Positions 12,942 through 27,535 of a DNA stretch of 64,000 nucleotides are shown one piece after another. Location of the stretch: positions 744,001 through 808,000 of the forward strand of contig JAQFVV010000006.1 in NCBI GenBank assembly GCA_028023455.1, in the 5' to 3' direction. Position 1 is the stretch's first letter; every line of letters begins with the position of its first letter. The DNA comes from Epiperipatus broadwayi (lineage: Eukaryota > Animalia > Onychophora). The notes under the pieces were generated by a model that was not told the DNA's origin, made no database searches, and saw nothing but the letters and a program-made list of their open reading frames with translations. Both the position numbers and the translations under genes were made by a program.

Positions 12942-15900
12942 AACTTTAAAAACCTTAAATAAAATATATGTATATGAAATAATATGACTTCAAAATTTTC
13001 TAAGACTGGGAAAATATCCACTCTTTAAAAAATAATTATTACTTTACATCTTTTAACTAACATTAAAATCTAAGAAAGGTATGTATATTAATTAATATTC
13101 ATTCACTATTTAATCAGTTCACCCTTAGAGTTAATGAAGACTTTAATTTATATACATAACTGTATTGTATCCTCTCTTACATTTAATAAAATTACAAATG
13201 CTTAAGCTATATATATTTAGACAAATAAGATATATATATTAGTAAAATGCAGGCTGAATTAATGAGTGATAAAAATATATATAAAACAGGATTGGATCTT
13301 TCTTTTAAAATACAGAAAATTGAACACTTTGATAAATATACTCGAATGACATTTCTTTTATATTTCCAAGTATAAATTAAAAGAAACATTGAATTATTTT
13401 TCTAAAAAAAACCATTGCATGTTCTGCATTTTTTTCTCTTTGTAATATATATATTGTAATGGTCAGATGTGTATATCTCATTAATCAGTTACATCTTCCC
13501 TCCACTACAGTCAAAAAGCAGCACTATAGGTGGGTTCAGGGTCTGCAATGCTGAGTTCAAATCTAGTAGATTGATTACACAACATCTAACTATGGGATAA
13601 CATACTTGCCACCACATTAGCAAACATCTTTTAGGCCACAGGAGTCAGGGAGATGTACGAGACTCTAGCTAAACTCTATTACAACTAATTATTATTCCAA
13701 ATCTAATGAATGACCTAGTTATACTTGATTGATTTTGACACGAGACACTATGGCTATAAGGTATTAAGGAAATAGACACGTAGATATAATTTACAACTAT
13801 ATTTAATATTAATATAAATTTATTGACATAAATGGAGTTTGATCTTAGTCAATACTCCTAATGTGGCTTGAGTTTACATTATTACCATATTAAGCATTCA
13901 ACCTGTTCCTTTGGGTATTTAATGGTATCAAAAAGATTATTTCATACCCAAGACGAAGTACATTAGCTATCATGTGAGATAAAAGTTGAACGAGATCTGC
14001 GGTTGCCAATTAACTTATCCCAACAATAGATTATATATATATATTTATATTAATGATAAATTTTACAGAGGGCCTGTTATTTGAGGGAAAAGAATGTGGC
14101 AGGCTTGGGAAGTGAAATCATAAGCAGAGAATAAAAGAAGAATTAACTAGGCGGAAAGTGGTATTGATAGAGATGCCATAGAATAATATAACGGAGCAAA
14201 ACTTGAGATGTAAGCTAGGAGGGAAATATAAACTCATGGGTGGGATTTCTACCGGAGATCCTATGAGACTGGTCATATAAGCAAATCCGGGTGTGCAGGA
14301 ACTTCTGCCACTAACCACCCGACTGCATGATGGACATAGCTTTCAATGGGAGTACTTTGAACTATGCCCTTCCTAATGGGAGCGGAACAATACCTATAAA
14401 CATAAATATCTGTTTATTTCCCTGGATTAAATAAGAGATAAACTTGGGCATCACTCAATAATAATACCTATAATTTATAATAGAACAAGATTTATATTTA
14501 ATTGCTAAAAATGATGACTCACTTCCAAGACCCACATTTATGAATGATCAACTTCCAAACCCTCAGCTAACATTAGATTGGTTTAATTATAATGTCAAAT
14601 TCAATGGATACCAATCAAAATTAATATTAAAGGGATAAAGATTATAATTCTAACATATTTCTATTGCTAAGCTAAGATATCCGCCTGCACAAATTATGGT
14701 ACATCCACACTCATAGCTAATCATAAAAGTGAAATGCGTCTCTGGAGCTAAGGTAATTCATTAAATTAGATAATTCATTAAACTATTTAACAATACAAGA
14801 AAGCATATTAATATAAAATGAGATGCATCTGAGAAATAATTTACAAAATAGAAAGATTTTATAATTTCCAAGCTAGCTGAATCAAATATAAGATGAATTT
14901 ATTAAGGCTAACATTTAACAGAGTAAGAGACTAGGTCAGGAATTATTGAGGCATGAAATTAATTACGTCAATAAATAAAGAAATATAGAATTGAATACCC
15001 AAAGCAAAGGAAAGATCATAGTCATTAAACATTATAAGGTTACAGATTTTAAAAAGTTTAGTGGTTTAAAAGAATTTACATTTGGAGGACTTGTAAATAA
15101 CAATATTACAACTTAAAGATAAGAGTTCTAGTTTGAATAAAGAGTATGGAAAGTTCTTAGAGATTTTGGGTACCAGTTACCTTGGGTTTAAGCAGAACGT
15201 GCACGTTTCCGAAAAGGTCCTCTCATTCAGGAATGACATCAGAGTAGTTTTCCATTAATAGTTCATTCAATGATCATAATTGGAAGTAGCAGTTGATTAG
15301 ACAACAGTATACAGATTACAGCAAATGATTTTAAGTCATTTTAAAGCAAGTAGGAGATCCAGTGCATTTCCCACTCAGAGAAGAATAGCTAACGCCTACT
15401 ACTCAGGCTTCACAATGTTATACATGAAAAACATATTTTACTAAGAAACAGATGGCAGATTAGACATTTAATATTAACTTAGTTTGACATTTGGAGATTC
15501 AAATAGATAGACAGATATAGCCAGCCCATTTTCCTTTAAACAAGACTTTATATACCTTTTTTCTTTATCTCACGGATCCATCACACATTGCATATTTGTT
15601 CGCCTTTCAGGTCCGCTTTGTAATACCTGCAGGAAAAACAATGCATTAAGAGTACATGTTCCATTTGTCATTTCAATTCGAACATCTGCAGCATCTCAAT
15701 TTATTTCCATTTTTACTTTATTACTTATTTTACCCATGACATCATTATACTGCAGATGTTTGTTTTTTTTTAAACTAATTAAAAGCTTTTAGGAACATTT
15801 CTCTCTTTTCTATTGTCTCTCTCCCCACCCATTGTAGAGTATGGAATTTCTATTTTTAATACACTTAAATATTTAAAAAGGTTAAAAACAACTTTTCTAG

Positions 15901-16579
15901 TAGATTTTATAAATTAAAATGCTAAATAATTTTGACCTAAATAATAATTAATGCAAAATATTACATATTCTAAATTTAATAATTAATTTCAGTGCGCTAA
16001 TACCTCATATTGGAGTGTGTGTGCATGAGACATATTTAACAAACTTTTTATACATATAATTAATACTATTATATTGAGGGTTTAAATCTGGGTACCGATA
16101 ACTTTTAAGATTGCATACATCCTTGTTCGATAGCCATGGAGGCATTCTGGTCACAGTCCATACTAATAACTTATTGTGATTTCAGTCCTCAGCCATCCAT
16201 TAGTAGCAGCAGGCATTATCCAGGCAAAATTGTTCTAGCACTTTACATTTTTTGTGTTACATCTTTCATGTTCCAGCAGACAGGAAAATGGGTGAGAGAG
16301 GGAGAGAAAAAAGTCTACTCAGCCATTGCAGCTGTAGTACACATTTTTCATCTAAGCAGTAGAGCTTTCATGGGTATAAGAGCCAGGTAAAAGAGAGAGA
16401 ACAATAAACAAGTTCTTAATTTATACCAAACTTGTTACCCATTTTACATTCCAATGCCATTGTTCTGTTATCTTATTTTTAATTAAAACATTTTTTAATA
16501 TAATTATTCGTATCTAACTAATCGTTTTCTCTAATGAGTTCTGTGATTTTATAAATTTTATTTTGTTAACAGTTAGTTC

Positions 16580-17023
16580 CCAAAAGTCATGTTTATCTGA
16601 AGTGTAAGAAATCATCAGAGTGTTTATGCCTAAATCAATGAATGGCTCATATGTATGTCAATAAAATCCTATGAGGAATTAACACCAACCGGTTGGGAGC
16701 AAGAGATGCAGCAAAATGCTACAATACCCTATTCATGTATGGAGAGTGTTCAAATCCTAGGTAAATACTTTCATTTTGTTATATGTCTTCAAATCTTAAC
16801 TTATAGCTATTGCAAGTCAAAATTTTAAACACCTAACGAACTATAAATTAGAACTTAATCATATATAGAACTATTGATATTCATGGTATAATTATCTACA
16901 TTAGCTTTCATAATAAGACATTAAATCAAATATTTTATTCATTTATATGTGTGTATTCTGTTATTAAATGTGTGTTTGGTTTATGTTTACTTTATAAAAT
17001 GTATTTATATGTAATTTTGAAGG
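16580..17023 (+). repeat. ~440-bp diverged direct repeat, copy 1 (copy 2 at 19302-19737)
   Basis: caaaagtcatgtt..aatggctcatatgtatgtcaata..atcctaggtaaata..tatgtaattttgaagg shared between both copies. Confidence 0.85.
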
Positions 17024-17044
17024 CTATTGCAAGTCAAAATTTTA

Positions 17045-18450
17045 TGCATAGAGGTGAAGAAATAGAAGATAGTTTACAAAGACTAAAGGAGCTGCAAGAA
17101 GAGAATGCTGATCATAGACAAATAATGTTATTTATGCCACTAACCTATAAGTAGACCTATAAATAGTCCATTATGAAAAGAGAGAAAATGGTATTGTTTA
17201 AAAGGTGGATTGTTACAGCACAAGATGAAAGAGGGCGAACATATGCGAGTTGTTCTTCTGGCAGCTATACAGGAACAGCTGATTAAATACATACATATGG
17301 ATATTATGGGCCAAGAAAAATTGAAGAGTAAATAAACCATTGGTTTTATTGGTCAGGAATGTGTAGGAGTGTCTTAAACATCATTGAGGGATGCCCCATA
17401 TGTGCAGAGACCATCAGGTGTGGGGCCACTGAGTCCCATATATGCATATCAGCCCAACAGCTCACTGGCAATAGATTTTTGCAGACCCAGACCCCAGTTT
17501 AATAGGAATAAATACCTCATTGTGGCCTATGATGTCTTTTCAAAATTTGTGGCTGCTTACCTGGTGATGTACGCTAATGCCAGACAGACAATACAAGTAT
17601 TATTAGAACACCAACATTTTTAAGATATAGAAATTCCAAAGCAAATAACATTGGACCATGAAAAGCCCTTTCTATCTGAAGAATGGAAAAGGTGGACAGA
17701 ACATCACAGGATAAGACATATACTCACTTCGATTCGCAATCCACAATCCAAACCATGCAAACATATTATGAGAGAGTTGAGACACTTATTTCACATGTAT
17801 ATACAGGATGATCATTGAAAATGGGTAAAGGAAGTTACAAGAGTTACCAGCATGATAAATTGGTCAAAGAACAAATCAGCAGGGTTTGAGACCATATGAC
17901 TCCACTATGGGAAAGATATTCCATATCTGTTTAAAACCACTTTGCCTATAGGAACACAATGTATTAACAAAAACAGGGATACTGATAAAGCATGCAGTAG
18001 CCTCAGAAGGTTGAGTAATATAAGACAAAAGAGTCAAGGGAGAGTCAGCATGGAGTCATGTTGAGGGTGAATCCAGTGAGCCATTCTGAGAAAGGTATAT
18101 ACAAAAGTTTCAACCAATATATGATGGGCTGTATAAAATCATACGAGAATATGGGAACTGATGGGCTGTATAAAATCATACGAGAATATGGGAACAAGGT
18201 ATATACAAAAAGTTTCAGCTAATATATGATGGGCTGTATAAAATCATAATGGGAACAATGCATTTGCAATCGCTCAGGGGACAAAAAAAGGGGAATGTTC
18301 AATGTTCAATCATAGGCTCCAATCATAATTATATTTGAAGAATTTAGGAAAATGGATCATAATTATAATTAACCAAAATACAAAAAGAAATTAATGTTAG
18401 AGACAAAATGTTCAGAAGGACATTTTGTTCTCAAGCGGGGATGGAGAAGA
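17045..18450 (+). mobile_element. Ty3/gypsy integrase remnant ending in a polypurine tract
   Basis: SLAIDFCRPRPQFNRNKYLIVAYDVFSKFV (integrase core, first Asp) and YDGLYKIIREYGN (GPY/F-like, internally duplicated at 18100-18250). aagcggggatggagaaga is followed by TGTACT at 18451, a likely 3' LTR start. Confidence 0.8.
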
Positions 18451-19301
18451 TGTACTAAATAATGTTTATAGTGTTTGTTAGGAGTAAAATTTATTGAAAT
18501 AAATTTAAAGATTTTTTTAAAAAAATAAATCAATAAAAATTTAAAAGAAAAAAAGGAGGGAAGGTTTAGTGTTATTCTGAAAGAATAAACGGTTAAGTTG
18601 AAGGAGAAGGAATTCAGCAATGAGTAATAATTAAAAGGTGATTAACATTTTAAATTAATGTATATATAAAAAAAGAAACAAGGAGGGAATTTTATCAATT
18701 CATCGAATCTAATATAAGAATTTCATTTTTGTCATATAATGTTGAAGTAATCAAGTGTGTCTGCATCTATAAATAAAAGTAAAATTAAAAAATAAATTTA
18801 AATCAAAAAAAAAATTAAACAAATAAAATATTAAAAATAAAATCTAATGTAATTCAAATAAAAGAACTGATAGAAGGAAATCTAAGATAAATTCAAGAAT
18901 TAGTTTATAATTGCAAACGGCTATTGCTAATTAACAAACAAAAGGAACATGTATTACTGTTTAATTGAAGTATAAGCCAATGGGAAGAAGCTAATGAAGC
19001 AAGGACTTCAAAGAAAAGTAATAGAAACCGAATAGAATTAGAGCATTATGTTCAATCGATCCCAAGATAAGAAGACACTGGATATAGAAGGGAGAAATCT
19101 GCATTGTTGAAATATCTCTCTATATATATCTCATATATTATTAGAATAGTATTATTATTATTCAATGTCCTGTCAGTATTCTTTTCTGCAATAAACTCTG
19201 TATTGAAATAGTTGAAACCAGCAGACAAAATGTGTCGCTGAACACATCAGATCATGTGGCTAGCTTGAACATTCACTGCAGTAACACCAGCAGTTAATTC
19301 G

Positions 19302-19737
19302 CAAAAGTCATGTTCATCTGAAATGTAAAAAAATCATCTGTGCCTAAATCCATGAATGGCTCATATGTATGTCAATAGACATACTATGAGGAATTAACAC
19401 TAACCTGTTTGGAGCAAGAGAAATAGCAGAATGTTACAATACCCTATTCATGTATGGAGAGGGTTCGAATCCTAGGTAAATAGTTTCATTTTGTTACATG
19501 TCTTCAAGTCTTAACTTATATCCATTGCAAATCAAAATTTTAAACACCTAACAAACTATAAATTAGAATCTAATCATGTATAGAACTATTGATATACCAT
19601 GGTATAATTATCTACATTAGCTTTCATAAGACTTTAAATCAAGTATTTTATTCATTTATATGTGTGTATTCTATTATTAAATGTATGTTTGATTTATGTT
19701 TATTTTATAAAATGTACCTATATGTAATTTTGAAGGT
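19302..19737 (+). repeat. ~440-bp diverged direct repeat, copy 2
   Basis: Homologous to 16580-17023; contains tagcagaatgt (19424) and ggttcgaatcc (19462), resembling Pol III A/B boxes. Confidence 0.85.
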
Positions 19738-22719
19738 GTATTAAATCATGTATCTTAAATAGAATGTATGTGCATGTTTACATTATAAGATGAATGACAA
19801 AGTTTAAAAGAAAAAAAAGTTGCACATATAGATATTTTAATTACTGCTAGATTAGGGTAGTTTAATTGAGCTCATGTCAAGAGTGAAGGAGGGAATTAAG
19901 CGACAGATTTAAATAACAAAGAAGGATTCAGTCAGATAAATATTTGTTACATATTGGCATTTAAAAGAATAGGGTTTACATTGTAGGTGGAGAGTTCAGA
20001 GAATTTAGATTCCAATGAGCTAGTTGGGATAATCAGGTACTAAATTTTGTAGCTGGTTGAGCAACCATGTTAATTGCTTCATAATTGACTGGTGCCTAAT
20101 GGTTTTCCTTAAAATAAATAAAGTGCTTGGATGGTCAGTATTATAATTTAGTAGCAGAGAGTTTTGTATTATTGGTAGCTTGCTATCAATAATATTATTA
20201 TCTCTACCTGAAAAACTGGAAGCCTTCAAAGATAATGATAGGGATTAAAGAGAAAAGGGAAGAATAAATATCTTTTAAGTAAATAAAGAGGGCATGGTTC
20301 AATACATATGGAATTAGTAAACTTGCATGGACATTTTGTGAAAGATTATGATGTGAAGAATGTAATTGAAGAAAGAAGAAAGGAATGCATACTTAAGGAA
20401 AGTTTAAGAGTGGGAAATATATTACAACTATAATTTATATTGATGTTGATTAGTTATTTTATTGAATGATTTGATTAATAGAAAAAAAAATGTTATTGGA
20501 ATATGATGTAGCGATGTATATATATATGAGATATTGTAAATTGAATAATGTTTTAAAGAAGATATAAAGATAACATGTATATGAATATTAAAGAGTTTTT
20601 TTAAGTAAAACAAGGTTGATGATATAAATATAGGTAATATATATGTATAACAATCTGGAGAAAGTGGGACTTAACGTAATCTACACTACAGGGCGCCACT
20701 AGGCATTTGAACCTAGAAAATTTATAGAGTACGCAGATACGTAAGTAAAAAAAAAAATTTTATTTTATTTTATATATTTTGATTCCGGTCGTTAACCCAT
20801 TGTCACTAGCTCAGTGGAATAGCAGAGATTTATATTTTATCATAAATTCTTATCTAAGAATACATAAAAAAAGAATAAAATAAGCCACTGCCAGTAATTA
20901 TACACACCAACATTTATTTACGCACATATATAATATTTAAAATTGTTTTAGTATCAGTTTACATTTTAAAATTTAACTTACATTTTTAACTTTGATTTTA
21001 ATTTACATTTTAATTTTTATAAATTTACATTTTAATTTTTATAAGTTCACATAGATGGGTTTATAAAAGTTTGTTTTAAAATGTTGAGTATAGATTGGTT
21101 ACATAGATTACACAGTTAAAAACATTTCAAAATAAACATAAACGATCAAAATACCAAGTCATTGATACAATCAATTGCAGAGGGAATACAAGAAACCCAA
21201 TGGTATTCATCATAAGATACCGCATTGACACCAATAACTTAAAAGACATCCAAATAAATACATTTTAGATACTCACCATAAGGTATCATTATTTACCGAA
21301 TGTCTATATATTTTGATCAAATATGAAAACCAAAAACATAATTAACCGATAATGAATCCATGCAACATCCATACCCAACTTAAATTTAATGCATTTTTAT
21401 TTAGAGTGTCGAGTATGAATAGACTACATAGATTTGCCTATGAAAAGAAAATATTCTATCCTCATTTAACCTTAGGTCAAAAGTTCACAGTCAAACCAAT
21501 GTCAATCCATCTGATATATTGATGCATTCAATGTAACACAAATATGGCAGCACAAAAGGTTAAGAGAAGAAATTGCCTCTCATCAGATAGGAATACTACA
21601 TCTATCTGACAAAAAGAGCAATAAAAAAAAACTCCATAGGAAAGGACTGCGGTCATTTTTCCGACTTATGATCGCATTCCAAAGGCCAAAAGGAAGTGTG
21701 CGGCGTATAAAGCGATTCTGCCCGTAGCGAATCTCGTATTACATCTACTAATTACACCAATATATCCAATCCATTGCCCTAATTCAACTACGAAACAAAT
21801 AACCTAAGATTACCCTCCCCTAATATAACTTTACAAATCTATATAGCCATTTACACCCGACAGAAAACAGAAATCATAATAAAAAAATCTTGAAACAAAA
21901 AATAAATAAATGAAAATGGAAATGATTAAAAAAAAAAGAAATACATTAATAAAAAGAATTAATAAGGAATTTAGTTTGGTCAGATAGGATTCTATTCCAC
22001 TTTTTTTTAAATACTGGGAAAGTTTATATTTTAAAGTTCTTAATGTCTTCAAATTAATATTGTTCATTAGATTTTATAAAGTTCTTACGGTTTTAATAAG
22101 TCCGTAGTTTCTAATTTCTTGCAGTTGCTTGTCATTTGGAGCCAGTGTTAATTCCCTCGATGTCCTATGGTCCTTAATCTAGGAAAATGATGTTTCATTT
22201 TCTTTTTTTATAACAACTGAAGGAATTGAAAGGGCATCTTTCAATCCCTTCACCTCTGACTCTCCGACTTAACACATCTCAGTCTTCTCTTAAATTTTCT
22301 TCACTCACTTTTTTTTATAGTAGCCTTTCAGATCCAGTGGACATTACATCACAATGATGGTCTTTTCGCTGAGGTCCGATTCCATTGTTTTTCTCTCTTA
22401 TCTGACTGTTGCTTATACATTTGAATGCCCAAGGGCTAGTTCACTTTGACTAATTAAAATAATCATTTCCATTTCTGATTAGTTAATGTGTTTTTCAAAC
22501 TTAAAGATATATTTTTATCTCTAAATCTTTTTGTTGAAAGATTTAGTTTTTCTATTTTTAATAAAGTTTTATTTTAATAATTTTTTTTTATCTGTACGAT
22601 TTTATATATATACGAGTTTAAGATGATTTTTTTAATTTTCAATTTTTAATTCTTAAAAAAGAAGTTTTTATTTGCGAACTTTTATTTTTTTCATGTTTAA
22701 TAATAAAAAAACAATGTAA

Positions 22720-25330
22720 CGTCATCTGTGCCCGTTACAATATGTAACGATAATTAATGAATGGATAACATTAAAATTAAAAGTGTTTAAAAAAACAATT
22801 GGATATTAATTTTATGAAGGATTGTTTGTATAATAAGATAATATCAATTTTTTAAAAATTTAAATTAATTGAAAATATGTTTGGGATTAAATATATTTTT
22901 AGATAAAAAAAGAAAGTTGATTTAAAAATATATTAGTGCTTTATATAGTGAAAAGGGGAAAGTTGTGAAGAGCGTTAAAGATATATATGAAAAATTACAA
23001 ACATTGATTAATTTAAAGGAGGAAAGCATTTTAAGAGATATATTTATATATAGAATGAGAATTTTTAAGAAGATTATGAATTTAAGAGATTATAAAAAAT
23101 TAGAGAAATTAATAAAAAATAAAGATAGAAAATACATGTATGGGAATAAAAATAAAAATAAGTTCATAAATAAAAAATATGATGATAATAATAAAAAATT
23201 TATAATTAATTTAACAGAAAATGTTTTTAAAGGAAATGAAAGAGAAATATTGGAGAAGGGTTAAAATATATACCAAACAAGAATATTAAAGTTAAAAAAG
23301 AAATTTTTAAATAAAAGCAAAATGTAAATTAGTAGTGGATAGATTAAAAGATATGAATAATAATAAAGAAAGAAAAAATAAGACTAAGAATATGATGATG
23401 AATGAATTTCAATATAGAATGGAAGAATTAAAATATGAGAAGAAGAACAATAAGGGATATGAATATGATAGTAAATATAGGAAATTATTAATGATATGAA
23501 GAGTAAAATGTGCTGTTTTTAAAAGAGGATAAAGCATCCAGTATGGTTGTAATGATGAAAATAGAATATAATTTAAAAAAATGGAAATGTTATTACAAGA
23601 GAATTGTTTTGAAAGGATTAGGGAGAATGAGGGAATAGAGAGAAATAAAAAAATAGGATTATAACAGAAATGTACATATTAATATTGAAAAAAAGGATTT
23701 ATTAAAATTAAAAATGGATTTTAAAGATGCCGTAATACATGGAATTCCAAAAATACATAAGATAGGTATTTCATTAAGATCTATAATTAATAATGTATAT
23801 ACATATTACAAGAAGATATCAGAATGAATGTATAATAAGATTTTAAAGAAATATGGGGAAAAGAAAAAAGAAAATAATGTTAGTAATTCAGATGAATTTG
23901 TTAAAAGATTAAAAAAGTTTTTAGAAGAAAATGTTTTTAAAATATATATTTTGTTAAGCTGGATATATATAATGTGTATACAAACATAGGTCCAAGTAAA
24001 ACATTTGAAATAATTATTGAAATGTATGTTAAAGATAATCATAAAAATATTAAAATAGAATGTAATCAATTAAATGCAATTTTAAACATATGTTGTAAAG
24101 ATGTTATATTTGTATATAATGAAAGATATAAACAATGTAACGGTTTAAGTATGGGGAATTGTTTAAGTGTGTTACTAGCATCGTTTTATATGAATTTTTT
24201 GAACAAAGATTTTTTAATGAAACAAAATATAAACCTATATTTTATATGAGATATATTGATGACTAGGTTTTAGTGTTAAATGGTAATGATAGGAAATCAG
24301 AATATTTTTTAAAATGTAGTAATTTAATTGATGAAAATATTAAATTTACAATGGAGAGAGAAATAAACAATTTAATTAATTATATGGATGTTAATATTGA
24401 AAGGTCATAAAGAATTATAGAATAAATATTGAAACAAGTATATTTAGGAAAAGTACTTTTTATGGTTTATTAACTACTTGGAAATCGGATATAACATATA
24501 TGCATAAAATAAATATTGTTAATAATAGAGTAATTAGAAAAATAAATTTGCTTTCAGGGAAAAATTTATTTAAGAAAAAAATAAATAAGAGACAGTGAAA
24601 AGTGATTATCTAAATAAAATTAATAATAAATTATGTGGAAAGAAAAATATTGAAAAAATAAAAATGGAAGTTGAATAAAAAGGAAGATAAGAAGGAAATT
24701 ATATATAGAAGTTAAAATCTATCAAGAAATAATTTTTTTAAAGATTAAAAAGATTATGAAGAATATAAATGAAAAATATGGAAAGGAATGTAATTTATTT
24801 TTGAAACCAGTATGCAAAAAAAAAATTAATTTAGGAAATATAATAAAAGAAACAATTAATAGAAATGTAGAAAATATGAATGGAATTTATAGGATTAAGT
24901 GTTTAGATTATAAAAAAGATAATAGCAATGTGTCATATATAGGTACAACAAATAATAAATTAAGAACAAAATTAAAACAACATTTGACTCAAATGTTAAT
25001 ATATATAGCAAAGAATTTGGACATATATATTTTACAATAAGAATGTTAAAAAAAGTAAAATTATATAAAGAAAGAATGATAAAAAAAAGTTTATACTTAA
25101 AGAAAGAAAAAACTGTATTAAACAGGATTTAATACAGGTTAAATTATATAAAAGATAGATTAAAATAAAAATGGTACAAAAAGGTATTGTTTTAAAGTAG
25201 TTGATTAAGAAGTATTACAAAAGACAAAAAGAAAGAAAATTAAAAAATGATATAGAAAAAGGTATTGTTTTAAAGTATTGGTTAAGAGTATAAAAAGGAC
25301 AAAAAGAAAGAAAATTATTTGGTATATATA
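22720..25330 (+). mobile_element. Near full-length decayed Penelope-like element (RT + GIY-YIG endonuclease)
   Basis: HGIPKIHKIG.SLRSI (23735-23790), YTNI, YKQCNGLSMGNCLSVLLASFYM, RYIDD (~24250), KFTMERE..NYMDV, VFRKST and GIYRIKC..SYIGTT..LRTKLKQH. Multiple stops and frameshifts. Confidence 0.9.
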
Positions 25331-25988
25331 TATATATTGTAACCAGTTGGGTTATATAACACCCAAGAATATAGCGTGTGTGCATAAATATATATAAAGT
25401 TGAAAGGAAAAATAGAAATAAACACAGACATAAATTTTTGTAAATATTTTTCTATATTTTCTAAAATAAATAATAAGTAAAGGGTTAAATAACTTTGGGT
25501 TTAAAATAAAATTTCATTATGAAATTAATATTTTAAAAAGGTCTGATCAATATTATTTGTAATTCTGACTTTGAAATTTAAAAGTAAGCATGTTTTCTGA
25601 TAATTTTTAAAAATGTCTATTTTTGATATTTTTAATTAATTTGTAAATTTGTATTATCTAAGAAAAAACATGTATGTAGATTCCAAGGGATTAGAAAGCT
25701 AAAAATAAAACTCTGTTTTCAATCAAGGTACTGTTATCACCTCAGATGATTTGATAAAAGGACTGATAAAAATATCAAATTTAAATTTATATTTACATGT
25801 TTTGCTATGATCAAAGAAAAAATAGTGTCTAACGCTGTTTTAGTAATTATACATAAAATAAAAATTCATATAACATTATAATATTAGCCAAAAACACAAA
25901 AATTTTACTAAAATTTTTCCACAACCATGATTTCATCTATTAAAAAATTGATCTTTTCAAGTCAAATTCAATTAAACATATAACATAT

Positions 25989-27535
25989 TGTAACAAAATC
26001 TCCCTTGCAAATGAACTGGTAGACATATATATGGGTATTTATAATTGCACGTATACATATGCGCAAATTATTAATTATAAGAACATATAGAATTCGCATG
26101 CATATATATTTACATTCTAACAAAACCTCCCTTTTGATTCTAATCTCTGACAAAAATATAAATAAATTTCCCCAATGCATATTTAGGGATATCCAGTGGA
26201 TTCCAAGTGCCAATTTTATATAATATAAGAATTATGCAAAGAGGATACAATGATATGTCACTTGACACAAACACTTATAGATTAGAGAAATTTGACTCTC
26301 GACTATCTCAGACTCAGGTCAGATGGCATTATCACCAGGAACAGGTGTGAGATGGGAATTAATCACCCTCATAAATAGCTATGAGTACATCTAAACAAAG
26401 AAAACAATATAAACACAATATATAATGTATGTGATTTACTGGCTAACATATCTATCACAAGTTTGCTAGCTCCGTTAATTGATAATTTTAATACATATAT
26501 GATTAAAGAATAACTTTATTATATGTTAACATGAAATTATTTTATTATATATATGATCAAAAAACAAATTTATTATATGTTTACATGAAATAAATACCCT
26601 GCTGTTTCCAGAAACTTGAACACTGTCATACACACAATCTGCATTTAAAATAAGGTTTAACAGTCGAGAAGAGATTGAAAAGGAATTCTCCACCCCTTCT
26701 GTCTTTTTCATATTTCTTTCACAACTCTTAGTTAGGTGTAATGTGGGACAACAGCCATAAGTGGCCATATGAGCTTACACAAATTATTAATTCTTTTTCT
26801 TTTATTTATAATGTCTAAAGAATCTGTTGAGGAATTTTTGATTGAAGTTAATATAAAAGTTAATATTACCTGCACTTCCCCAGAGAATTCGTAGAATGAA
26901 AACACATTTTTATTTTTAAATGTGAGTTCAGGTAAATATATGATGCCATGTTGGTTTCTTCTTTACTTTAGCAATCTCACTTTCCTGAACTTTCAATTGC
27001 GGTGATAACCTTCAATCCAATGAGACTGGTTCTTCTTAAAACAATCATAGCAGCATACAATTAGCTAGGGCCAGAATTTGAGTCCGACATATTAGATGTT
27101 CACCTCCACATTTTCATTTCTGACATGATTTTGTGAAAAACTATATTAATTTTACTATGTAACTTATATTTTTCAAACTTATACTTTGCTCTCTACAGGG
27201 ACAAGACCTCGAGCTTTCTGGGTTCTTTTCTTTTATACCCCCCTCCATTTCTTCTAGAAAGTTCACTGGTTTTCTATTTGCTGTTTTTGTTTTATTCCCA
27301 ACTGGATTCTTGTAGAGACACATGTAAGTTTTTTAATACCTTTCAAATTTATTTGTTTCTGGAAATTTCTGCTCTTCTCACAAAACAAAACAAAAAAAAA
27401 TACAGAAGAAAATATAAGAAAACCTCATCTCTCCCCTCTCCAACTGTCAAACCCATACATGCACACACCCATAACCCATACATACATAAATGTTTTAAAC
27501 AACAGAGTATGACACCCCACTTTTTTGAAATATAT
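25989..27535 (-). repeat. 3' LTR of the gypsy element, main part (continues at 30373-30483 beyond the nested insertion)
   Basis: Starts tgtaacaaaa on + (TGTTACA end on -). Colinear with 35907-37410 with many substitutions. Confidence 0.85.

Noticed and set aside
13590-15450. Coding-like decayed stretch, possibly a DIRS or other retroelement
   Set aside because: Only isolated 3-4-residue motif echoes; no ordered domain set could be read.
15611-15760. Possible exon (PLCNTCRKNNALR on +, or a minus-strand exon)
   Set aside because: Splice-like signals on both strands with no phase-consistent neighbours or recognisable product.
16060-16390. ORF 16136-16390 and a START-domain-like phrase on - (VTRMPPWLSNKDV)
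   Set aside because: Resemblance too short and splice sites weak.
21640-21740. RRTLPFGL on the minus strand resembling RT motif B
   Set aside because: No upstream or downstream RT motifs in any frame.
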